The notes under the pieces: model-generated | Told to the model about the DNA's origin: nothing | Database searches by the model: none | What the model saw: only the letters and a program-made list of their open reading frames with translations | Origin: Balanoglossus misakiensis | Lineage: Eukaryota; Animalia; Hemichordata | Assembly: GCA_040954595.2 (NCBI GenBank) | Contig: CM082580.2 | Location: 4,330,783-4,394,782, forward strand | DNA: 64,000 nt | Direction: 5' to 3' | In this document: positions 1 through 10,300 of the stretch, piece after piece | Layout of the letters: the number at the start of each line of letters is the position of its first letter | Numbering within the stretch: position 1 is the first letter of the stretch | Made by a program: the position numbers and the translations under genes

Positions 1-649
1 GTAAACCTGCAAGATAAGCAGTCTACTGTAATCCGGAGAAAATGAAATCATTATCGTACGTACAGCAATAAAGTATTTTGTAACAGGTGGGCGATTCTAC
101 TACTACATGTAATAGTCTGAATGTATAAACATAAATATATCTGAGGTTTGAAAGAAATGCTAAAACAAGACAAACGTGAGGATGAAGCAACGATATGGCC
201 CAGCCGGGCGCCTCCAACTGTAGATCGGACACATTGACAACGGCCGCGTACACATGATACAGAAATCAAGAAATATTGGCAAGAATATCCTAGAATATAG
301 TACCACACACTGAATTTTTTCATAATTTTCTTCCCCTTTTCTATGGCTTACTGGCAATATCATCTGCAAAATTCAACCTCGGCGATTCCACCATGATTCT
401 TGCATCACCGATCTTGCACGGATTCGAGAGTGAATTTTTGGGAGCCCCCAAAATATGTCAAATTAATACATTCCAAAATTGCACTTCATAGTGTTTGCAT
501 CGTTTTTATGTACACATGTAGAAATTCGAGTCGTAACGCACACTTACCTTTTGGAAAATAACCAATTTCGGCAAAAATTTTGAACAAACAACGGTCGCAC
601 ACTCCTCACGTCGCCGCATAGAGACAAACAATGAATGGATGCGTGAGGC

Positions 650-835
650 AACATTCTCTGGTTTCCAATGACGACGAACTTTTAGAACCAATCAGAAATA
701 GCGTGTCTTTTGAGTCAACATTCTCTTGTTTACAATGACGACGAACTTTGAGAACCAATCAGAAATAGCGTGTCTTTGAGTCAACATTCTCTTGTTTACA
801 GTGACGACGAACTTTGAGAACCAATCAGAAATAGT
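650..835. repeat. 66-bp minisatellite array 1 (~2.5 copies)
   Basis: Unit CAATGACGACGAACTTTTAGAACCAATCAGAAATAGCGTGTCTTTGAGTCAACATTCTCTTGTTTA at ~666 and ~733, with a partial copy at ~799. Confidence 0.9.
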
Positions 836-1469
836 AATCCGGAGTAAATGAAATGATTATCGTACAGCAATACAGTATTTTGTAACGGGTGGGCGTTTCT
901 AGTACTACATGTATGTAGTCTGAATGTATAAACATTAATGAATCTGAGGTTTGAAAGAAATGCAAAAAAAGACGTGTGGCGATGCATTAATGTGGCGGAT
1001 ACGCGAAACGTGACGATGAAGTAATGGCCGGCCCCGTGCGCCACCAGCTGTACATTGACAACGGCCGTGTACACATGATGCAGAAATCAAGAAAAGTTGG
1101 CAAGAATGTCCTAGAAATATAATACCACACACTGTAATTTTTTTCTTAATTTCCTTCCCATTTTCGACGGCTGAATGGCAATACCATGCAAAATTCAACC
1201 TCGGCGATTCCACATTCTTGCATCATCGATGCACGGATTCGAGAGTGAATTTTTGGGAGCCCCCAAAATACATGAAATATGCAAAATTTACAGTCCAAAA
1301 TTGCACTTCATAGTGTTTACATCGTTATTACACAAAGGTAGAAATTCGAGTCGTAACGTACACTTACCTTTTGGAAAATAACCAATTTCGGCGAGAATTT
1401 TGAACAAACAACGGTCACACACTCCTCACGTCGCCGCATACAGACAAACAATGAATGGATGCGAGAGGC

Positions 1470-1746
1470 AACATTCTCTGGTTTCCAATGACGACGAACT
1501 TTTAGAACCAATCAGAAATAGCGTGTCTTTTGAGTCAACATTCTCTTGTTTACAATGACGACGAACTTTTAGAACCAATCAGAAATAGCGTGTCTTTGAG
1601 TCAACATTCTCTTGTTTACAATGACGACGAACTTTTAGAACCAATCAGAAATAGCGTGTCTTTGAGTCAACATTCTCTTGTTTACAATGACGACGAACTT
1701 TTAGAACCAATCAGAAATAGCGTGTGTTTGAGTCAACATTCTCTTG
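1470..1746. repeat. 66-bp minisatellite array 2 (~4 copies)
   Basis: The same unit starts at ~1486, 1553, 1619 and 1685. It produces the 22-aa repeat in spurious ORF 1530..1925. Confidence 0.92.
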
Positions 1747-2137
1747 ATTCGTGTGTGACGTTCCTAAACTCGTATCTCCCATTCAGTGTATTTTTTATTG
1801 TGCTGTATTTAGTTAAATCCAGCAAAGTGTCTTGCTCTAGTAGTCTGTCTTTCAGATTACAAGTCGAAGTTGTAGCTCTTGTCGCTTTTCTTTCCAGAAA
1901 GTGCGCCATCTTTAGCAATCGATGATCCAAGGGGAAAAACGAAAGAATTATGACCCCAGCCGCTTGGAAGTTGAAGTGGACATTTTACCTTAAAATAAAA
2001 CAAATTCATGGGCGCCTGAGTTCGGGGATCGACATCCATGATCTCAATGCGTCCAATGAACATACTCGGGGGAAAAAAACCTTGCCAAAAGTCGATAAAC
2101 CATACACCAACAGAATTCTTCTGATGAACGTGCGACT

Positions 2138-2148
2138 TGCGCATGCGT
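2138..2148 (+). promoter_or_regulatory. NRF1-like site in the MYG1 proximal promoter
   Basis: TGCGCATGCGT matches the NRF1 consensus TGCGCATGCGCA and lies ~25 nt upstream of the first MYG1 ATG. Confidence 0.5.
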
Positions 2149-2172
2149 GGTTTGGACGCGGTTGAATCTCAC

Positions 2173-2562
2173 ATGTCGGCAGGTCTCAGGAGTTTCCTCC
2201 GTAGAGTTTCGATAGAAAGATATAGATACCGCGTCTGTTTGAGCGTTCAGGTCTTTTCCAGTAAGTAATATGTAAGTTTTGTGTTCTTGGATCTGTTATG
2301 TAAAGGCAAATACCTACCTGAATGAGTGAATCGGACATCCGATCTGTCTGAAGGATATGTACATTGTTTACATGTCACACTCTGAGCATTGGGGTTGCTG
2401 CAGTTTTGTATGAAACAAAAATCGTCAAGGGGAGCCATACATTGGTGTAGCTTTTTGCTCCAGTCCATCCATCCATCCAACTACACCCACCCCATGGTAT
2501 AAATCTCACTTCTGCATTTTTATTCACAAGGAACATAGGAATCTTGTTGTCGTTGTCGTCGT

Positions 2563-2613
<51 letters not shown>

Positions 2614-5600
2614 CACTCACAGATACAAGAAGATTGTTGACAATGTCGGGTGGTGATAATCAGGCATCAAAGAAAGCCAAAACAGAGGGGGTCAAGAAAA
2701 TAGGAACTCATAATGGAACATTCCACTGTGACGAGGTTCTGGCATGTTTTATGTTGAAACAACTACCCGAGTACAAAGATGCAGGTCAGTCTCACAGAGA
2801 AAATTATCATATGCTGAAATAGTTGACACCGTGCATTGCATTTTGAAAGTTAATTGGAACGATTCATCATGCAAATGTATGTTTGAAAGAATTTGTTTTC
2901 TTTATGCAGTTTATGGTGGACCAAGCCAATCTTGCAGTGAAATTCACAATTGTTTTTTTCTATTTCTAACCTACATCAATGCATGTCTATGCATTATGTC
3001 ACAAACACAGCCATGTTTTTAGCATTTGGGGCATTTTGAGATATATTGGCATTAACCATATTTTTGTCATCAGAAATGCACAATTTCGGCGTAAGTATTA
3101 TATCAGATTTCATTAAGGCCAACAGACAGCCACAAGTTTGCACATCATGTAATTTAAACACCCATCTCTCAGACGTTCACCATTCACTGTATCATATTTG
3201 TGTTTCCATAGAGATCATCAGAACCCGTGATGAGGCAGTACTGAAAACTTGTGACATTGTGGTTGATGTCGGAGCTGTCTATGATCCCAGCAGACATAGA
3301 TATGATCATCATCAAAGGTATATGGTTTAATGACAAGTTGAAATACTGTAAAACGGGTTATTTTCGTGACAGGAAATTTTCGCGATATCAAAAGAGGCAA
3401 CTGTTGCTAATTTTGGCGTTCTCGCATTTCTCTAACTGCATCGTTATTTCCGAAAAACGTTTTACGCGACTTTTTATTTTTACGGGTTTTTGGGGGGCTC
3501 TAGCGTATTTCACGAAAATTTTTGCTTGCGAAAATTACCCGTTTTACAGTATTTGTGACTAGAAACTGTTGAAAAATCAAATGGCATCAATATACCTGTA
3601 AGAGTAAATACCTCAGCTATGAGCACATTCCAATTTTTCTTGTCATTTCTACATCACTTACAAAACCCATTGTCTGTTGCTCAGATAGACTAAACCAGAT
3701 TAAAATGCAAATATCAATAGGATTGCTTTTGTCTCCAGTTCATATTTCCCTTCTCATTTTTGAAACTAAAAGTCTTTTAACCAACAGAATGTTACCTTTT
3801 ACAGGGCATTCACAGAATCCATGAGTACACTGACTGTAGACAAGAAGTGGACAACCAAACTGAGCAGTGCTGGATTGGTGTATCTACACTTTGGTCATGA
3901 CATCATAGCCCAGATCTTAGGCAGCACACCAGACGCAAACATCACTCAGATCATCTATGATAAAACTTACGAGAATTTCATTGAAGAGATTGACGCTATA
4001 GACAACGGTATCTCGCAGAGTGATGAAAAGCCAAGGTGAATTTTCAGTTTCAATTATTCATAAAAAAATATACCAACCCAATGTTCCCCTTTAATACAGC
4101 AAAATTCCCTTGTGAATGGGGTCAGTCTGTGTAAACTGTTGAATAACTGCTACGGTGTGTTGGTTGGAAAATCATCTTAAGTATGTCCTTCACCCCGTCA
4201 TGTCTTTTTATAAAACACTTGTAAAACTAGCACACATCAGAATTACTATGACTTGTATTTTATATAGGTATGCAGTGTCAACAAATCTCAGTTCAAGGGT
4301 TGGCCATTTAAATTCATGGTGGAATGACAAAGATGTAGATGTTTGGGTAAGTAGTGGTATACATGTAGTTGTTAGCAAATTGATGAATTACCAGTATTTT
4401 TCAAAATTGGCAGGATACAGAGAGCACCTGATCTGTACTGTGCCTTGATGTGAATTTCATATGACAAGTGTATGAATGATTGTTGCTAGAGATTAACCTT
4501 GATGTACTTGTACAGTGTATTTCCAAACACAGATATAGTCGCTAACTAAGGTGTCACTGTGGTTGACTGTTACAGGAGAGATTTCAGAAGGCCATGTCTA
4601 TGGTGGGCGCAGAGCTGATGGATCGCATTCACTACTACCACAAGTGTTGGTGGCCGGCGAGATCTCTGGTTGAAGAGGCAATTCAGAAGAGACATGAGGT
4701 TTGTACAAAAGCACAGCAATATTATGTGCAGATAATCAAACCGATGTCTAATGATAATGCCCCCCTCTGTGCCAGAATATAAAATAATCAACTACTGGTA
4801 CATGTTTGCTAAGCATTCTTTTGGTCCTACAAGTAACACACGAATTCTTGTATTGCAGGCTGACAAGAGTGGTGAAATCATCGTACTGGAGGAGGGCGGC
4901 TGTCCATGGAAGGATCATCTGTTTGATCTCGAAGAGGAATTGAACATAGAACCCTCCATCAAATATGTTTTGTACACAGACCAGAATGGACACTGGAGAG
5001 TACAGTGTGTACCGATCAGACTGGGTTCCTTTGAAAACAGGTTGGTTGCTATGGATACATAATTTTTGTGTCTTCTATTTTGTGTGATTGCGTTCATACA
5101 GATCAGATCATCGGTGTTTCTCAATAATACTTCCAATAATGAGATTCTGCAAAGTAAATTTCAGTATCTGATAATTGCTCTTTAGAATTACTTCTACTGG
5201 TGATCCAAGAGTTGTCATATAAAATTATCTTGCTTTAGAACCCCAAGAAAATCCCACAATGAGGACAAAACATTTGTTGGAAAAATTTATATGGCCAAAA
5301 TTCTGCGCATTTGGGAGAGCAGGCAGAGGCAGATGTTAAATTATTTTCCCCATTTTCTGCAATTTTGACCATACTACTTTTGAAAACTGTCTGGTTTAAT
5401 TATAGTATTGAAGGTTTAAGGCTTTAAGCTGTGTGTAAAATCCATGCACCTTCATTTTACAGAGAATTTAGTATTTTTGGATTGCATACTGTGTCAACAT
5501 GGCTGTGACCCTAAATAGAAATGGCCTATCATGATCATTGCCTGAGAATATTCTGCCATATATCACCATGGTTTGTGTATGATCTATTTTCACAGATTAT

Positions 5601-5773
5601 CACTGAAGGAAGAATGGAGGGGAATACGTGATGATGCTCTCAGCAAAATCAGTGGAATCAAAGGATGCATCTTTGTGCATGCAAGTGGGTTCATTGGTGG
5701 GAATAAAACTAAAGAGGGCGCTCTAGCAATGGCCAGGATAACACTGGAATGTGCCAAGGAGAATGCAACATAG
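2173..5773 (+). CDS. MYG1: MYG1 exonuclease (DHH-type, UPF0160), 8 coding exons: 2173-2260, 2623-2784, 3212-3317, 3805-4035, 4268-4346, 4576-4698, 4859-5040, 5596-5773
   Basis: Hallmark motifs [79 protein letters not shown] and [18 protein letters not shown] boundaries have consistent phases; stop TAG at 5771-5773. Confidence 0.96.
2564..2611 (+). repeat. (GAT)16 microsatellite in MYG1 intron 1
   Basis: Read directly from the sequence; it ends about 10 nt before the 3' splice AG at 2621-2622. Confidence 0.97.
3344..3551. mobile_element. MITE with TA ends (Tc1/mariner-like non-autonomous element) in MYG1 intron 3
   Basis: Terminal inverted repeats TACTGTAAAACGGGTTATTTTCG ... CGAAAATTACCCGTTTTACAGTA. 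Confidence 0.8.
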
Positions 5774-7353
5774 AACAGCTTTTGAGATTTACGGACATTT
5801 TGCTGACCATGATTGTTATGTCCTTTTCAAGCATAACTAAGAGATGTGTATTAGATTTCGATACATACAGTGGTAAATAAATTAATTTCATTCTGGGTAA
5901 ATATATCTTTATATGGTCAACTTTTTTACTGCAGAAGATGTCAGGAGTGTGGTATTAACAAGAAGTGTGTTGTGAGTGCGTGTATGTCAGCAGGCTCAAC
6001 CCAGCATGGAAATATTACTTGTTCTCAATCAGGTTTCAAAATTGCCATGCTGTAACCAGTGTTCTCTCTAAGGTTTTGATGGATGTGATTGAGATTTGGT
6101 CTGGGGCCCAAAAGTGCACCACAAGTGAGAATGTCTTGTACAATGTTAGGGGTATGGATGATCCAGCTGGCCATAAGCAATAATATTAAATTCAAACACT
6201 GTAATGTAATCGGTGGAAGTCAAATCACTGAGACGCTGGGTCTTGTGTTCAGATTGTATTTTTAATTGAAATCTAATTACTGGGTGATATAAAGAAATAA
6301 GGTCGGTCAAAACGTGACCCTTTGCAGGGCGAGTAGACGGACAACTGGCACACAATAATCCTTAGTGGGATCATTAGCTGTAAGTGACATAGACATACGT
6401 GCAGTTTGGATATTTTTAGTGAGATGATATTGATGGAATTCAGGCTTGCTGACCATGCCGAGTTGTTGGTTGGTAGAGCTGTATTTACACTCTGCTTGTA
6501 GATATAACAAATAGCATGGCAAAATATTTCACTTTCCAAACCAGAAATTGTCCACAGGATGTAATTGTTATATGGCTGAGACAATTAAGCATTTGTCTGT
6601 CATGACAAGTTAATTTCTTTTATGAACAAATGGTCTCAAAAGATCCTAACTTTGTCTAACAGAGCGAATAACCTACAGAGCCTTCAAGGGCGATGATCGT
6701 CTTATGCGCATGTGCCATTAGGCAGTGTGCTGTCCTACAACAGACAAGATGGCGGCAACCATAGTCTGTATCAGAGATCGGGAAAATACAGCAAATTGAG
6801 AAAAAAAAGAACGGACAAAACTAAAGTCAACTTATACAGTGCGCATGAAATATGGAAGGAAGTGAAGTCAGTCCACTATTTGAATGTGTCGAATGCAAAA
6901 TTTGCAGAACATTTGGATTGGACGTTATGTTTATACACACGGAATAACACACATGCGCACAAGACAATCCTCAACTTTTAAATATTACTGCTGCATTAAT
7001 TACATGCATTATGTGTGGATGCAATACTTTGATAGATCTGCATCCACAGACATAGCATCAATACCAGTAACCAGGGTGTTCATTGTCCGTCCACAGTAAA
7101 ATGCCATTTGTATGTATACAATCTGTCAAACTTTCAATGAATTTCTTTTAAAATAATATAACAATTTGCTTTTTTTGTACAAATATAAATAATACGAAAA
7201 ACTCTCTGCTTGGTGTGTGCAGCAGTGCACAAGGATTTCACGGTGGTACAGGAAGTCACACCTTTCATAAAAATAATAATAATATCACTGATATAAATAA
7301 AGATTTCAGCTCTGTCAATTATTTCATTCATAATGAAGCAGTCTTCATGGAAT

Positions 7354-10300
7354 TTACTCCAAATCCTGCAGATTAATTGTACTCTCAGTGAACGTAGGAA
7401 CAGTGCTATCAGCATTGCTGTGCGTTTCTATGAAGTCCTCGGTAACGGCAGATTCTGTGGGGTGGTCTTCGTCGCCGTTACCGGGCGGTTCTTGTAGGAT
7501 GGTGACTGGCAGTTCGCTGGAGATACTGGACTGGTCCGAGCAGGTAGACGGTGCTGGCAGTGAGATGTCGGCGTGGAAAGGGATGTCCTGGTCTGACGGA
7601 GGATCATCCTGGAAAGCATCAATACACATCAGAATAAGATACATAATGGTAATCATTTCAATGGGGGTGCGTCATCAGATCTTGATGATTATGATGTATG
7701 TCAACTCAATAGGGCAAATTAAAACTTCATATATTCTATTTTGAATCCTACCTATTGAGGACACCTTTGGGAATAGAAAATTTGTCCTCATCAGAGACAT
7801 ATCTCAAATAGACAGGTAGCATTCTATTCGAATTGTCTTGAAAATCTCTTCTTTATAGAAATGTCCTGATTTGACAGGTGTCTGTAATGACTGGTTTCAT
7901 ACATAATGTGTTGTGTCAGCAATGTCTTTGGCACAGTATTAGATACTGAAGATAAATGACTATCTATTGACAGTGAAAAATAAATGATACATTGTTCATG
8001 TTTAACGGATCACAATTGATTACATCTGTGGTTTCATTCACACTTGGCATGAACTCACCTGTAATAATTGCGTTTGCACGTAGTGTGATCCTGTGGCTGG
8101 ATCTCTGAGGGTTATAGCACTGGACGTCATTACAACACCAGCTGTGAAGGCGGATGAATCACTGCATTCTTTGCTTGTATCAAGACTATGGTCACTATCA
8201 CCTGCAGAAGAAACAGAAGAAATCACCGGTACTGTCAGTGATCCACTACTTCACAGGAAATGACACTTCTATGTATTTTGGCTGATCACCAGTACTTTTT
8301 TTTTATACCTTATACGTTTGTGAATTGAAGGGTCTTCTTTCACAATAATGTCTATCACACACAACACAAACAACAGTGACTGTTAATAAATATGATATGA
8401 AGTTTTCTTGCAATGCTGGCTACATACCCGCAGTCTTATCCAAAGCGGGGCTGGGGGCATTTTGGAATATCCTCCTGCGTTTTGCTGGCCTGTGCAAGAG
8501 ACCCTGGATAGCACTATAGTCAGTCCTGGCAGAGCCACTGTTGTTAGCTTGGAACACCCTAGTGGTATACTCCAACGGACTACCGGACGCGATCGCCACT
8601 TCGGGGCTTGTGTTCGTAGCGTCCGTCCCGATGGCCGCCATCTCCGGGTTTACCACAAACTGGGTGACCACGTTATTCCCAACATGCTGCGCCATGACCT
8701 CTGGCTGGAGATTTGCGGCCGTCACAATCTGTTGATCCACTTCCGTTGGGGTCAGGTAGTCGCCGACCGTTTCGCTGGCCGCCTCCATGTTCTGGTTGTC
8801 GTACTGTCCTTCCTGGGCGTACGCTTGGCTCTGTTCGGCCTCCGAGGCTGCTGCCTGCACTTGTAGGTCGTAGTTGGTGCCGTCGTCTGTCTGTCCGACC
8901 TGTCCAACTGGTGCTATACGGACCACTGTAAGAATAACACAGACATGTGTAACTGCTACTACATGTAGTCAGGGACTACGAAGTTTGGGAACACAGGCAA
9001 ATGACTGTGGAACAATGTGAAAACCACTGACACTGCATTCTTACATCAGAGCAAAGCTACATCTATATCAAGGGAACACCCAACCCCTAATAACATTGAT
9101 AGGGTTTTTTTCTTTATAACAATGCAGCCAGATAATATCCGCTAATACTGGAAAATAGCTGCTTCCACAAATACATTTCATAGTTTAACCCTTTCACCCC
9201 CAGTTCTCTCTTTATAGATCCAACCTTACCATACATGTAGAAAACAATCGATGTGGACTGAACCATGGTGGTGAAAGGGTTAATATCACCGGGATCACCA
9301 CAGCCCTGGCATCTCAAAATTACAATGAAGAATCTGTATTAATATCTGTCACACTGTTACTCCTTACAATGTACATTCTACACTCACCTGTTGGCGTACC
9401 TTCCACACCGCCTGTGATATTTTCCAATGTGGTGCCCGACAAGTCTTCCGGATTGATGTATATAAAACCAAACTGATTGGCTTCCACTGAAACAGAAGAC
9501 GATGCAGTCAAAATCAAAGAACTGTCCTCAGAAATGCTGAAGAATTTTACAGAACTTCACATCATGCTCCTTTGTGATACATCTTTAAACCTTAGTCACA
9601 TTTCATAGGTCATTATTTGTTATCAAATATATGCATGCACTGAAAGAAATAAGGACAAATCTGATGATATTTTGTCAAAGCGTGCACTATGGTGGCCCAC
9701 CTCGAGATCAAATCTTTGGCACTGGCACTTTTATCAAGTAAGGTAGGCCAGATTGAGTATGTTTCAATGTAAGGCACATTGCCATAAACACAATCAGGAA
9801 AGCAACAGAAAATGTGTGGATCCAGTCAGACCATGGACCATTGGACCCAACACTATGAGTTTCACAAATTTAACAGATGTGTCACTTCAAATGGTAGTTA
9901 TCATTATTAAAACAACTCACTCACGTAAAAAAATATATTTTGAATCTACTGGTTTATCGGAGAGCTAACAAATAAATAATATAGAAACATATGTAAACAT
10001 ACGTGCTACTGTGCTGATGTTATGTACTTTGTTGATGTGAGTCTTGAGACTTGATTTGCTTGCGTACACTTTATGACATCCCTGCACAGGACAATCGAAA
10101 CCAGTTCGGTCTTTGCCTTTGTCGCTGGTGTTGGCGTGTTTCTTCATGTGGACGTACAAACTGCTACGAGCCGAGAACTTGGCATCGCAACCTGAAACAA
10201 CAGTGATGCATCTGAGTCAGAAAATCTGCATACAATGAAACCAACATGATTTAACATTTCACCCCCAGTTCCCTATATAGAGGTCCAAACTTCCCATAGA

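Larger units (their letters stand above)
28..1746. repeat. Tandem duplication of a ~0.8-kb unit (copy A ~28-835, copy B ~836-1746), each ending in an array of 66-bp subrepeats; probable non-autonomous DNA transposon
   Basis: TAATCCGGAG.AAATGAAAT.ATTATCGTAC starts at both ~28 and ~836, and the downstream sequence aligns throughout (e.g. TGCACGGATTCGAGAGTGAATTTTTGGGAGCCCCCAAAATA at ~416 and ~1230). The unit may extend beyond the left window edge. Confidence 0.9.

Noticed and set aside
650-1746. 66-bp repeats as a CRISPR array or a repeat protein (ORF 1530..1925)
   Set aside because: The units are contiguous with no unique spacers, there are no cas genes and the context is eukaryotic. The ORF is a by-product of a unit length divisible by three.
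9925-10002. Stop-codon readthrough or a micro-intron in ZXD (frame stays open past TAG at 9965)
   Set aside because: A canonical phase-1 donor at 10002 joins a good acceptor at 9487 in frame, so no recoding is needed.
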